From Moniliella sp. 'wahieum' (taxonomy: Eukaryota), in assembly GCA_003971905.1 (NCBI GenBank), contig RSEE01000062.1, positions 124,001-188,000 of the forward strand: 64,000 nucleotides of DNA. Reading direction: 5' to 3'. The position numbers and the translations under genes are program-made. Shown here in pieces: positions 1 to 12,329 of this stretch (position 1 is the stretch's first letter; each line of letters starts with the position of its first letter). The notes beneath the pieces were generated by a model, which searched no databases, was not told the origin of the DNA, and was given only the letters and a program-made list of their open reading frames with translations.

Positions 1-566
1 TGTGGTCGCGAGGAGGGAGGACGAGGGCGCGGGGGGGATGGGGGGCAGTCGCTGGGCGATGTGGCCGATGCCGAGGTCAGAGCTGCCTCCTGCCATGGCT
101 GGCGTAGAACAGGTGCCCGTAAGCGATGGGGGGCAGGGAAACGGCAATGGTGTGCGATCGATAGCCCTGTCGGCGGTGCGTCTCTCTTCTGCCCGACGTC
201 CCACACATGGCGCTTGGGCAAGCATGCAGCGCTGCGCTGCCCCTGCCGCACAGCGCCACTCATCGCCACCCCCCGATCGGCTGCTGCCCCACACACAGCC
301 CCCGCGCTTTCCCTCGCCACACCCCCCCCCCACGGCGCCAGTCTCCCCCCGCGCTGCAGTCCTGGCGGTCGCTCTCTCTGGCCCCTTGCTGGCCCTCGGG
401 CCTACTGCCCATACTGCTACACCCGAGGTGCGCCCACTCTCTCGCGACTGGGCCGTCATCATCAACGGGGAACGTCAAGAATGGTTGATTCATTGATTGC
501 CTTCCGAGCTGCTTGAGCGCGTCCAAGCCTGTCTCCCTCTCCGGGCACCCCTCTTCCCAGCACAAC

Positions 567-2673
567 TTACATCTCTGTCGCGCAGGCCAGCGCACGCCCC
601 ACTTCCGGCCGGGCAGCCGCCAGCGAGGTCAGGATGGCCTGTTCGTCGCCCTTCAACGACGCCACCGGTCGCGACCAGCAGTTGGGCGACACTGGTGTGC
701 CCACCTCGAATGGCCGAGAAGAGCGGGGAGAAGCCGTACATGTCGCGCAGGTGTACGCTCGCGCCGCCTCCAACAACAGTCCCACCAGGTTCGTCGTGCC
801 TGCCATCGCGGCCACGTGAAGCGCACATTGTTGGTCCAACATCGATACGGGTCCCCCAATCGCCTCCCCCCGGGCAAACGGGAGACCTGTTGTTGCTCCT
901 CGATTTTGCTCAAGTAGTGCCGTACCGCCACCTCGTCTTCGCTCTGCACTGCTCGCAGCAGCAGCAAAGGCAGCATCACCCGTTCCGCCGCCGATTGCAC
1001 ATCGTGCGCCGTGATGGACCAGGGGCGGCGGGCGTCTGGGCTCCTTCTTGGTCGTTTCCGGGGCCAATGAGGTGGGAACGAGTGGCGTGCAGGATTGAAC
1101 AGAATGTCGCCCACGAGTTGCTGCACCCCAGGAAGCTTCAATGGCATATTGCCTTCCTCATCCGCCTCCAAGCCAGGTGGGTCGGCGGTCAACTCGCCCC
1201 GAAGCGAGGCACCGACCAAGGTACGTACCTGGTCTCGACTCAACTCGGGTTGCCCAACAGATAGGCCAACTTCATCAGGGCACACTCGGGAGTCATATCG
1301 GCTCCCGACACAACTCCTGCCTCGGCCAACTGTTTGCCAGCGGCATAAATCCCACTCACTGTGCCTTGCAGGCACTGGGTCACGTTGACCAGAACCACGC
1401 CTCGTTGGACGCCTCGGCAAACAAGTCTAGCAGGCTGGCGCCGGCATTGCCCGCTCCAAACGTCTCGATCACAGCGCCCTGGACAGGCGGCGCAGCGCTC
1501 GCACTGCGGTCCGCGACAAGCCCGGCACCAAGCGTAAGATCACCACGTCGGGACTGAGCCGGGTGGCAGGACGAAAACGACGCAAGTCACGTGGCCTCTG
1601 CACCAGCTGCCAGTTGACGCTAATGTCGATCCCTACGACCGCCAAAGGAGGCATGTTGGGCGAGTCAACGCGGCCAAGGCATCGTTGGATACCTTGGTGG
1701 ACCGGTTGCCTCGGAACAGCTTGGAGGCAAAGTACAGCGTCACTTCTGGAATGATGTACTTGCCCGCAAGCGTCAAGGCGCCGAGCACATTCTCGATCGC
1801 ATCGTTGCGCAGTTCGCTTAGAGGGACTTGGGCCCCTGTCACAATCACCGACTTGCCCAGATTTTCCAACAGCATAGACAAGGCACTTGCTGTGTAGGCC
1901 ATCGTGTCGGTGCCGTGGAGAACGATGAAAGAGTCAAAGTTGCATAGTTTAGTCCAATGTCCCGAGCCATACGCTTGTAATCGTCAAATCCATCTCGGAC
2001 GAGTCGAGGAGAGGATCGTACTCCAAAACACAGTACCGAATCCGCTTTCCTCCGTGTCCAGCGGGCAATACGAGCGATGGCAGGGAGAACTCCAACACGC
2101 GCACCGGCCCTTCTGGGCCGTCACTTCTCGTTCCTGCACGTCGGAGGCATCGACAAGAGAGATGCCATCGAGGGTGGAGGAGCGGACCTGGATGGGTGGC
2201 CGTAGGGTGGCCATACCCCCTCCCCTTGCCCCCCGGCTGGGAGGAGAGACGCCTTGCCTCCTGCTCTTGTTGGGTCGAATGCAGTAGCGCCGCATCGATC
2301 TCCTGGGCGCCAACCTTGTGGGTGGGGGCGTGCATGGGGTAATTGGTCCCGTCACTGGTTGTGCTGGTAACGCTGGCCGCGTCGTCCAAGTCGGTCGTGG
2401 ACTGGCTCAAGGGGGGACTGCGGTCGCTGGCGCGGGTGGCAGGGCCCGGGCTGGGGGAAGCGCCACTGGCTCGGTGAACCGTACTCCACTTTTGGTACCG
2501 GTCCGGGGAGTCGGACCAGCTAAAGATCGAGTTGCCAAACGGATCGTGGAAGCGGGGCTGGGTGCGCAGCGCTTCGGTGAGGAACGAGGCATGCGGTTGG
2601 TACCCCTGGATGGGGTGGCGGAGCATGCCCAGCGTGCCTCCAATCCGATGGCCAACACGAGTGTTTCCGACAT
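567..2673 (-). CDS. L-asparaginase with C-terminal ankyrin repeats (60 kDa lysophospholipase type); several frameshifts
   Basis: Across frames: N-terminal GGTLGML, LEYDPLLDSSEMD, HGTDTMAYTASALS...KSVIVTGAQVPL...LFRGNRSTKVS (type I asparaginase motifs), then ankyrin-like ALHVAAMAGTTNLVGLLL and GFSPLFSAIRGGHTSVAQLL. ATG 2673, probable stop 567. Confidence 0.9.
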
Positions 2674-3214
2674 GGTGGGATGGCGGGGAAACGGTGGAGC
2701 AATCGAGTCGGCGTGCTTTTTTTTTCTGCCCAGGGCCGGAAAAGATGAGGCGGGGCTGAATCCACTTAGCATCTGCAAACTGCCTGAATTCACCGGGTAT
2801 CGAGCATCGACCATCGATCGATCATCTGCATCATCGATCACCATCATCCATGAATGTGAAACTCAGCAGCCGCTGCTCCGAAACGGCGTTGCACCGACTC
2901 GCTCACTGATGAACAAGCCCAGTCACTAGTCACGCGTCACACGTCACGCGCGTCACGAGGCTGGGCCTCTGAGATCTGACTGCTTCGCGAACGGGGCCTT
3001 AGGCCTTAGGCCTTGCTTCAGCACCGGGCGTGACATCACATGACATAAGCCGCGCCCGTCGCCCCGAGGCAACGTGGAGCCTGGCGGGTGGAGCGTCGCC
3101 AGCACGCTGGAACGGCCGAGGCCGCGCTGGACCGGCAGCCACCTTCTCGCCTGCGTCTCGCCTCCGCCTCCTTCGCTTCTTCCCCCTCGTGCGTGCGCTG
3201 CGTCCCCCTTGGCC

Positions 3215-4881
3215 ATGGTGGTGCTCTCCGTCCATCTGTACGCGCGCCGGCAAGCCCATCCTTGCCCGCCAGTTCCGCGACATGAGCCGCTCCCGGGTCG
3301 AGTTGCTGCTTGCCAGTTTCCCGCGCCTGGTCAGTGCCCATTCCCAGCACACCACCATTGATGCCGACACGGTGCGGTATGTCTACACGCCGCTCGAGGA
3401 TCTCTACCTCGTCCTCATCACCAACCGCACCAGCAACATTCTTCAAGACATCGACACGCTCCACCTGTTTGCCCGCGTGGTCCAAGACATGTGCGCGAAC
3501 GCTGTCACGGTACCTGCCGTCGTCGGAGACTACCCGTATCCCGTCCGTCCCGCAGCGGCAGGGTGGACGAGGCATCGGTTCTTCGTCTGTCCTTTGAGCT
3601 GCTGGGGCGTTTGACGAGATCATTGCCCTTGGCTACCGCGAGTCTGTCGCCCTGCCCCAGATCCAGACCATCCTCGCCATGGAGTCGCACGAAGAGAAGA
3701 TTCAAGAGATGATTGAACGCAACAAGGAAGCGAGGCCAAGGAGGAACTGAAGCGACGAGCCAATGCTCGAGAGCCAACGCCGCGATGCAGCAAGGCGTGG
3801 CATTCCTTCCAGTAACTTTGCTGCGTCCATTGGCGCCTCTGCACCGGGCGGCTTTGCTGGCAACTCGACGGGATCTTTGCCTATGCCCACGGTACATCGC
3901 GACGATCTGCGTGCGCCGGCGGCGGCGCCTCAGGCCAAACCTTTCAAAGGCAAGGGGATGCAGCTGGGTAAAAATCTGTCTCTGCCACAGCTAGCTTTTT
4001 GGGAACCTCGGCTTCTACCCCTACCGAGTCCCCTGTCCCTCCTCCCGCCGTCCCGGTCCCCGGTCCGACCGCTGCCACTGCCACTGCCCCTGCTGCGTCC
4101 AGGACGTCCACGGCAACATTTGACCCCCACATGCTCTGGGCGATCCGGCTGCGCCAGTGGCCCTGCTAGCGCGCGAACGGATTACGCTCGTGGCTGAGCG
4201 GGACGGGTCAGTGCGATCGTTTGAGGTGCGCGGGGATTTGGAGTTGACCGTTCGGGATGCGGACTGGGCCAGGTGCGTGTGACCTTGGCGGCCAACGCGA
4301 GTCCTCTGGCCAGTGCCTTGACCTGGAAAACCCACCCGCACATCGACGCTGCTCGTTGGACGGCGCAGACCGAGTTGGCCCTGCGCGATGCCAACCGCGC
4401 TTTCCCGCTCAACCACCCGCTCGGTGTTTGCGTTGGCGTGTGCTGCGTTGGCCTCGGGATCAGCCGCGGCGGCCAGCGACGTGGTGTGCCACTGGTGATT
4501 TCTTGTTGGCCTGGTCCAGCCGGGCGGAGCCGAGGCCATTGTCGAGTTTACCGCCGCTGCCGAGCACGATGTGGCCATCCACGTCTCGGTCCCGGCAGAG
4601 GCAGAGGTAACGGGGGCCTCGCATGGCGAGGCGCTGCCTGCGCCTGGGGAAGTTGTCTGGCACATTGGTGACCTGTCTCAGGGCGCAACGGGCTCACTCG
4701 AGCTGACTGTACCAGGCGCGGATGCCGAGGACCCAACAGCGTTCCGCACCACCGCCGAGTTCTGGTCGGCTACCACCTTGGCAGGCGTCGAGGCTGTGTC
4801 GGTAACGGCGACCGAATCGGGCGCGCCAGCGCCCTTGCTCTGCAGAGCTTTGTCAGCCCAGACCGATACGTGTTTGGTTAG
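3215..4881 (+). CDS. RET2: Coatomer subunit delta (COPI); frameshifted
   Basis: MVVLS..SICTRAGKPILARQFRDMSRSRVELLLASFPRL...VRYVYTPLEDLYLVLITNRTSNILQDIDTLHLF; MESHEEKIQEMIERNKE; KGKGMQLG; mu-homology segment WKTHPHID...LALRDANRAFPLN. Confidence 0.93.
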
Positions 4882-5525
4882 TTGCAGACCAGCAAAAGAT
4901 CGATTGAGATGCCTGTGTGGCTCGGGTGGGGTGCTAGGAATCGCTCATTAAATGAGAATAGCAAGAGGGGAAGTCAGGGTAGTACATGCGAAAGGGCCTG
5001 TAGCAGAGGTGGGAGCCGGCGGCGTTGAAAGGAGATACTAGTATGTATGGCCTGGGGGGATGTCCTCGGTACAAGGACCGACGGGCGCGGGACAACGTTG
5101 GCGATGAGCCGGTGAGGAGGCCCAGGTGTGGATGGGTTACGCAAGAAAGCCCTGTCTACAGGGGGGAAGCAAGTAAGAATAGAAAGGAGAGCCACTGTCT
5201 GAATTCTGCACTCTGAACTGCCAACATCTCCATGTTGAGGCGGCTGGGGAGGGTGTGTCAAGGGTACTAACCCACGGGTAGGGGTATACCCGCCCCCCCC
5301 TCCTGCAGGCCGCTAGCCGCCGCGACATCCGAACGGGCCGCCCTCAAATGATATTACGCGCTTGGGAAATGCTGCGGCGTATAAATTTTAGGCGGGCACA
5401 AGGGCTCTGTTCTCCGTCCTAGGGTTAACCTTCCGCTCCCTGGCTGGGTTTCGAAGGTCGTTGGGCCAAGGTGGTCGGTCCCCAGCTCCGTTGTCCATCT
5501 ACCGTTACCAAGGCCGGTGTATCCT

Positions 5526-5609
5526 GTGAGTCGGCCTGCTCCTGGGCTCCTTTGTGTGCTGTCCACGGACCAAGGAAGCAAGTGTGCTAACTGGTTCTCC
5601 TCCTCGCAG
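5526..5609 (+). other. Probable 5'-UTR spliceosomal intron of RPL20
   Basis: GTGAGT donor at 5526, GCTAAC branch point ~5586, pyrimidine tract, CAG acceptor at 5607-5609, 8 nt before the ATG at 5618. Confidence 0.7.
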
Positions 5610-5617
5610 AGCTCGCC

Positions 5618-6136
5618 ATGTCCCGTTTCACCGAGTACCTCGTTGTGGGCCGTCACCTGCCGACGGAGAAGGAGCCGACGCCCAAGCTGTACCGCATGCG
5701 CATCTTTGCGCCTAACTCGGTGGTGGCCAAGTCGCGCTTCTGGTACTTCGTCCGTCAGCTGCGGAAGATGAAGAAGTCGACGGGTGAGATTGTGGCGGTG
5801 CACGCAATTGCTGAGGCCAAGCCGCTGAAGGTGAAGAACTTTGGTGTGTGGCTGCGTTACAACTCGCGCTCGGGCACCCACAACATGTACAAGGAGTACC
5901 GTTCCCTCTCGCGCGCCGAGGCTGTGGAGAACATGTACCAGGACATGGCCGCTCGCCACCGTGCTCGCTTTGCCTCGATCCACATTCTCAAGATTGCCGA
6001 GATTGAGAAGGCGGCCGACGTGCGCCGCCCCTACATCAAGCAGCTCATCCAGCCCAACCTCAAGTTCCCGCTGCCCCACCGCAAGTCCTCGTCCAAGGGC
6101 GTGTTTGCCGCCAACCGGCCCAAGACGTTCTACTAA
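5618..6136 (+). CDS. RPL20: 60S ribosomal protein L20 (eL20/L18a)
   Basis: Intact 172-aa [42 protein letters not shown]...[16 protein letters not shown]...KFPLPHR...RPKTFY. Confidence 0.98.
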   Translation: MSRFTEYLVVGRHLPTEKEPTPKLYRMRIFAPNSVVAKSRFWYFVRQLRKMKKSTGEIVAVHAIAEAKPLKVKNFGVWLRYNSRSGTHNMYKEYRSLSRAEAVENMYQDMAARHRARFASIHILKIAEIEKAADVRRPYIKQLIQPNLKFPLPHRKSSSKGVFAANRPKTFY

Positions 6137-8554
6137 GTATATCGTCCTGGGGCAGGAGCAGCTGGCTTGTTGCAATCCGCTCTTGCCTCCAACGGTTGCT
6201 TGGGGCGTGCACTGGGGTGGCATGTGACACGCCTCGGAGCTCCTGTTGGTCAAAACCTTAGACAGCGCTTTGTTGCCTGATCTACTCTGTGTGGGTGTCG
6301 GCTAGCGTCAAGTGCTAGACGCTCACCTGCTGTCGAGTCCCTTGGCATGTGGGAATTCCATGTGTTCTCGGCCTCAAACCGTCTCGAACTGCTGTAGGCT
6401 GGCATGGCCCGGACCTATAGTAGTAGCAAGTAGTAATAGTAGTTGTAGTAGTAAAGACGGATACTGTGGTCAGTATGGCTTCACCACCGACAGCGCCAGC
6501 GGATTACCGCTGCGGCTTAGCCTCTTCCACGTCCATCCTCTGTTCTCTGTCGAAGTCCAACCACCAAGCTCCGGTCCACCCCAGTCTACACCAGGCTTGG
6601 GCTAGTACTTTGTCTTGGTATCCATCATGCCCTCTCTCTCTCAGCTTCCTCTGGAAACGTTGGCATGACCGTACCACGGCCTGCCGGCAGATGCTGCCGG
6701 GCAAACCGTGAACCATCCTCCGACTTGGACCTACCAGTTGCTTCCCTCGCCCGGCGGTAAGTGATACGCGGTAATGTTTGCACAGGTGAGGCAGATCATT
6801 GTTGTCCTCTCGTCCAAGGAGCGCAAGACAGAAATGATCACGAGAAAAGTAAGGTGAGGACAGGGGCGCGTTCAAAAAAGAAGGGCAATAACCATCAAAA
6901 GCAACACTCTCGGGCTTGGCAGTGGTGGAGGATTGTCCACCCCTCCTGCTTCTGCCGCACTGGGTGGTCAATTACACCGTTGCACTGGTCGAGCTGCACA
7001 TTTTCCCATGCATGTCTTCCCAATAGACTGGTGTGCTCACCACTATCGGCCTCTTTCTCATCTAGAGTACCGTTTCGAACTACTCTCGGTAGTAGCTTGG
7101 ACGGAGGAGACGTCAACCTTCAGTGTCGCATTAACTGTTATATGACTTGAGCACTTGCGGGCTGGCCTCTTTTCCTTGTCCAGGGCGTGAAAGAAAGCTT
7201 GAACGCCCCTGCATGCGGTGCGCGGTGCGCCCCCTTCCTACCTATTCTCGCTCCTATATCCAAACTCCCACGGGTTACACTACTGATTGCTATAGTAGTA
7301 ACCTACCCCCCCCCTTGTCTATCGGTGGGAATTGATCGCCTTTTGTACGCGTAGTACAGAGGGCGCGTACCACGTTTGGCTGAGGGTTGGAAGGGGAAAA
7401 GCGATTATGTGCAAGTAGTACCCCAGCGGCCAAGTGCACAGTAGAAAGAACAGGTGTGGTGCAAATTCCACCCAGACCTGCAGATCGAGGGGCACACCAA
7501 CACTGGTCCTATCTGTCTCACACAACGGAGGGCGAGATGGAGTGTGGCACTTGGTCCGGCTGGGTGTTGGCTGGCTGATGAATGTTGAACAGCAATGCGG
7601 TTGATAAACGTGTGTGCACGTTCAATCGACCAGCCCATATATTTTTGTCTCTCCCTTTTGAAAGAGAAAAAGTCGGGGGCGAGTGGGTATAATGTGCCGA
7701 CGACCACCCTGTTGATTGGACTGGAACACGAGGTAGTGCCATTCACCGCTACTGGCAACAGGTGGTTGTTCCAGCCGAAGAGGGAGGACGGGCTAGGCGC
7801 TAGAGGGCCAGTAGTCTTCCCGTCCAGAAGATGTGTGTGCACAAGACGAAAGCTGAAGCGCCACGAGTGAGGGTGTGCATTCTACCCATGACGCAGAGCC
7901 GGTACCCACACAAGGCTGCCTGTGGTGCGCATGCGGAGAAAAGGGCTGCATGGGCGGGTACAGTGTGCGTGTGCGAGCACCGGCAGGCACCTGCTCGAGC
8001 GGCATTGTGCGTTTCCTAGGAACGAGCAGCCCGCATCGAGCAACTCGTAGCACGTGACACGTACTGTAACGAGGTGCAGGCCATCGCTGCTTCGTCACAC
8101 ATGTCACATGCATCACCCAGTCCAGCCGCGTGGAGGCCTGCGGCAGCACGCATGTCTGCTCTGCGCTGCCGCTGCACTGCCCCGTGCCTGCGAGCTGCTG
8201 CCGCACATGCCGTCGCCCCCAGCAGGGGCAGTGCCGGCAGCAGGGCGCCACACACTGCTGCTGTGTCTCTGCAGCCGCACCACGCTGGCCGTGCGTCCTA
8301 TACGTCGTCCTATGTGTCCTACACGTCCTATACCACTGCAGGCTCTGATTCTCCTCTCCGGCCTCCTCCTCGCCACGCGGCCGAACCGGCGGGGGGATAA
8401 ATACCGCCTCGCCGGCCTCCCATTCCCGCTTCTTTCCCCCACCTCCACTTCTCTCTCTCTCCCTCCACGACGCCGGCCGTCTCCCCTTTCATCCAACGCT
8501 TCTGGCAAGCCCCCATCCCCACGCCCCACATCCCTCCCCCAGCTCTCCAGCCCC

Positions 8555-9618
8555 ATGCACCTCCTCCGCTTCCTCCTGGCCACCGCCGCTGCTGGTTCAG
8601 CCGCCGTGTGGGCCACACCCTCTCCGGGCGTGACGGAGCTTCCCTCGATCCACACCCCTCCCAGATCGCACGGATGGTGCGTCGGCACCACTCGCACCGC
8701 CCCCACCACCACCACACACCACCGCCATCACCGGCACCCCATCCACCACCCAGCTGCTTCAGTATCCCATTCCTCCCCGGCCGCAACACATGCGCACAAC
8801 AGCACGGACCAGAATCACCTTGCTGGTGCCGGCCGCGGGAGTAAATTGACCATGGCCAAGAATGGGCTCAGCTGGGCAGATGGCAAGTGGCTCAATGTTG
8901 ATCTTTTTACCCAGTCCATGGGATGGCTCTACTCGTGGGACGTCAGTCCCACCCAGGGCCAGCCGACGGCGCCTAACTTTGTTCCTGACAACATTCAATT
9001 CTGGCCCATGTTGTGGAGCAACCAACCTGACCGCGTGGCCGCGTGGGAGCAGTATGCTCAACGACCGCGATGCCCAGCAGAATAAGGCCAAGGTGGCAAT
9101 GGCGTTCAATGAGGTGAATCAAGTAGGCCAAGCAGACATGAAGCAAGCAGATGCCTGTGGTGCTTTCCGCCAGTACCTCCTCCCTCTCAAGGAGGATGGG
9201 TGGACGATCATTGGTCCATCGACTAACGGCGCGCCAGATTCCATCTCGTGGATGCAAGAGTTCAAGTCCATGTGCCCCGACGCTTACGAGGCGATTGATG
9301 CACATTCGTTGCACTACTATGGCACGGAGCCGGAGAATGCAATTGCGTATCTCGAGCAGTGGCACAGCACGTTCCCCGAAAAGGACGTGGTGATTACTGA
9401 GATTGGGTGCATGAACTACGGTGGTCAGGCCGCGCCAGACTTGGGCACCGCGTTCCACTTTGTGCAAGGTGTCAACCAATGGGCGCAACAGACCGAGTGG
9501 GTCAAAGGCGTGGCCTTTTGCCCCACTGTTGCAAATCAACATTAACGAAAACTCGCGCTTGGCTACTAGTGCTGGCGCGCCCACACCTCTGTTTGACTTT
9601 TGGGTCAACAACTCGTAA
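8555..9618 (+). CDS. Secreted glycoside hydrolase family 128 (Asl1-like beta-1,3-glucanase); frameshifted
   Basis: Signal peptide MHLLRFLLATAAAGSAAVWA, Thr/His/Pro-rich linker, then GLSW...WLYSWD...FWPMLWS, FNEVNQ, SLHYYG, VVITEIG (the two catalytic-Glu motifs). Confidence 0.85.
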
Positions 9619-10093
9619 CGTTCCAATTGGATCACGAGGGAGAGAACAGATGGCTATGAGCGGTAGCTGGTCTGTTGCTCATCAGCTACTCTGAGAATCC
9701 CACGCATTCGATCCATTCCATTTCATTCCTTTCTCCACCACGCACCCCTTCGATTTGTTTTCTATCAATTTTTTCCACTACCATCTTTTGCATTCCCGTC
9801 CTCCCCTCTCCCCTCGACAATCAACCAGGCTTTCTACCAAACAAGTGTCTCGAAGCAAACCTTCGTGCATTAAGTTCTTATCATACCTAGGTCGTTCCAC
9901 CCTGTGTGTTGGGCAGATCCAAAAAGTCTGCCAGAATTCGTCCAACTGAACTCTTGTCTAGTAGACATACGGATCCCACCACTCCCTCCGACTCATGACC
10001 TGTTTCCATCTCTATTCGCATCCTTCTCTCCACTCCCCTCTCCCATGAGGGAAGACATGCAATTGCATTGCCCACGGCACATCCTGCCGGGAT

Positions 10094-11670
10094 CTAGGAT
10101 ACACATTTGTTTTTAGTTGGCGTGCATTTTGGGCGAAACCATCTCCCATACGTACGGCGCCCCTGACAACAAGTGAGTACAGGGCCAGGACACCGAAGGC
10201 GATATGGGGAGGCTGGTACCACGTTCGCATGAGCAAGTTGATTGCGCCAGTGAGCAGGTTGGCCTAGAAACAAAAAAACAAGGTTAGCAAGCATACAGCA
10301 GGAGCTGTTTACCGTGTTGCACCATTGAGGTCTCGAGGAAGAATAACGTACCAGTAAGAAGGCTGGCATGGCGTGTCGGTTGAGAGCGTCGAGCAGGTCC
10401 GCTGAAACAGCCGGCGGGGCGGCGGGCAAACCGGTTTCCTGGTCCTGCGTACCCACCACGCCCGCCTCCATGGAAGCCTGCGTCGTCGCATACAGTGCCA
10501 AAACCATCGTGTTGTATGCAGCGACCAAGCTGACGTAGCCTGCGTTGGCCAGACGACGACTGACGCCCCATCCTGCTGTAGGGGGGATTTGGGCCGCATA
10601 CGGCGACGGCTCCGCTGTGGTGACAACCCAGAAGGCCAAAGCGTATCCGAACGCCAGTAGGCTCAATCCACGTCGTGGGCCCGGGGAGAACGCGGCCAAA
10701 CCAGCATGCACACCCAAAAGGAAGATGGAGACGTAGCCTACCAACGATACAAGGCCTTCTTTGTTCTGGGTGAGCAAAGGCAGGCCGTCAGCCACCCTGT
10801 TAGGCAAGGCGGCAAGTGCCCATTCCCCCCACCCACGAGGACAGAATGGCCTCGTGTTGCACCCAAGAGGGCGAGGGAGAGCAAGACGATGCTGCGACCC
10901 GAGGGGCGTAGATACGCAGTCACCGTAGCCAACAACGGCACCAGCGCCAGTGTCGCAAAGAAGTTCCAGTGTACCCCGTACTCGCCCATATGCTCGGGTA
11001 GGCCACACCCTTGACTGCCGCCACGCGAACCAGTGCAAGCACAACAAGCGGCCACGTTTTGGAGAGCGTCTTGCGCCACAGTTAGTGTACGCGGGCGAAA
11101 GGGAGGTGAGGCCAGTGGTTTGGTTGTGGATGTAAAGCGGTGAAAGCAAAGGGCGCGCCGAGACCAAGCCCCAGCTAAATACGAACGAACCCACGCCCAG
11201 GTCCATCATACTCATCCCAAAGTTCTCTGTTTTGGCCAAGGAGCGAGGGAAGATGGGAAAGTCAACAGCCAGGATGCAGAGGACGGTCATGAGCATCATA
11301 TGGGCGCGGTAGATGGTGAGGAACCGGTGGGTCGGGCTCGGACAGGAGGAGGAGCGAAGACGAAGACGAAGACAGCCCAAGGTACGTGCACGGTAGAAGA
11401 GCAAAAGCGCACCAAAAGCAAGACAGCGGTCAACAGCCCGGCTTCCTTTGGTTGCGACCACACTGTGCACGCCGCCAAGGGCGGCAGAACCACAGCACGC
11501 CCATTCGCGGCGAGCCGCAGTGGCCAAGGGACAGAACCGTGCTGAGTCTGGCCGGCTTTGAGAAGGACCGCACCAGCCCAGGGGACGAGACTGATGGATA
11601 CGATCTGGAGGAGCGACCCGCCGGTCAGGTTAGTGACGGACGCCTCCTTGGCCTCGCGGTACGTGCTCAT
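10094..11670 (-). CDS. GWT1: GPI-anchored wall transfer protein 1 (inositol acyltransferase, PIG-W); frameshifted, intron ~10264-10350, 3' end approximate
   Basis: MSTYREAKEASVTNLTGGS; FLTIYRAHMMLMTVLCILAVDFPIFPRSLAKTENFGMSMMDLGVGSFVFS; EHMGEYGVHWNFFATL; QNKEGLVSLVGY; VSRRLANAGY; ANLLTGAINL. Confidence 0.93.
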
Positions 11671-12329
11671 CGTCGTCGCGCAAGAAGAAGCAGACACGCA
11701 GTGGCCAAGACGACCTTCAACGTTGAAGTGGGTAGTGACGTGGTGGAGCAGTCCCCCTGAAATGTTTCACGCTGCCGGCATGTGACCCAGGGTTGAATAT
11801 TGAATCGCCATTTTCTTTTCAGCTCTGTAATTATCGGGGCACGGGCCCCTTTAACCCTTCATTCTCTCTCATGTTCGTTTCCTTTATCTCGCCACCACCG
11901 CTTCCCTTGCGTTTTCTCTCACTCGACCTGATTCTTGAGCCAATACCTGCCAGTCGGGATCAGACCCACTTGATCACCGTTTGATCACCCAAGTTGACTG
12001 GTCCTGATTTGTTCTAATAGTAGTAGACCCTGTTTTCCCTCTTTGACTATGCTCCTCTTCCTCTTCCTCCGTGTGATTCAGCTCGCATGTTCTCTTCTTC
12101 TCCGAGGCATATATACCTCGCCCTCTTTCCATTCGATGAATGTCATCCTCATCCTGTCCCCCATCTCCCTCTCCTGTTAGCCAAGGTGATTGCTTCGTGG
12201 AGACTGGGCGCCACAGTAGCCGTGTCCATTGCATCACCGCAGCCATTCCGTCTCAAGTCCTCGAGCGTATATTACGCTACCACCTTTTTGCCTCGCTTCG
12301 TGCCCTCCCTCGCACCCCTTGTATTTGAG

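Noticed and set aside
2923..3014. Vector polylinker contamination (SpeI, MluI, BglII, StuI sites close together)
   Set aside because: The same A-N4-T hexamers recur with decayed copies in most intergenic regions, and no vector features are present.
3215..4881. Programmed ribosomal frameshifting or pseudogenes
   Set aside because: Shifts are numerous, scattered across unrelated genes and lack slippery-site/structure signatures; sequencing error is simpler.
5354..6253. 299-aa antisense ORF over RPL20 and many similar long Arg/Pro/Gly-rich ORFs
   Set aside because: Shadow ORFs expected from high GC and codon bias; no domain features.
6250..7900. Lower-GC intervals as transposon relics (also 36200-37000, 39600-40350, 45500-46500)
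   Set aside because: I found no transposase/RT motifs, terminal repeats or target-site duplications by eye; this needs a repeat-library search.
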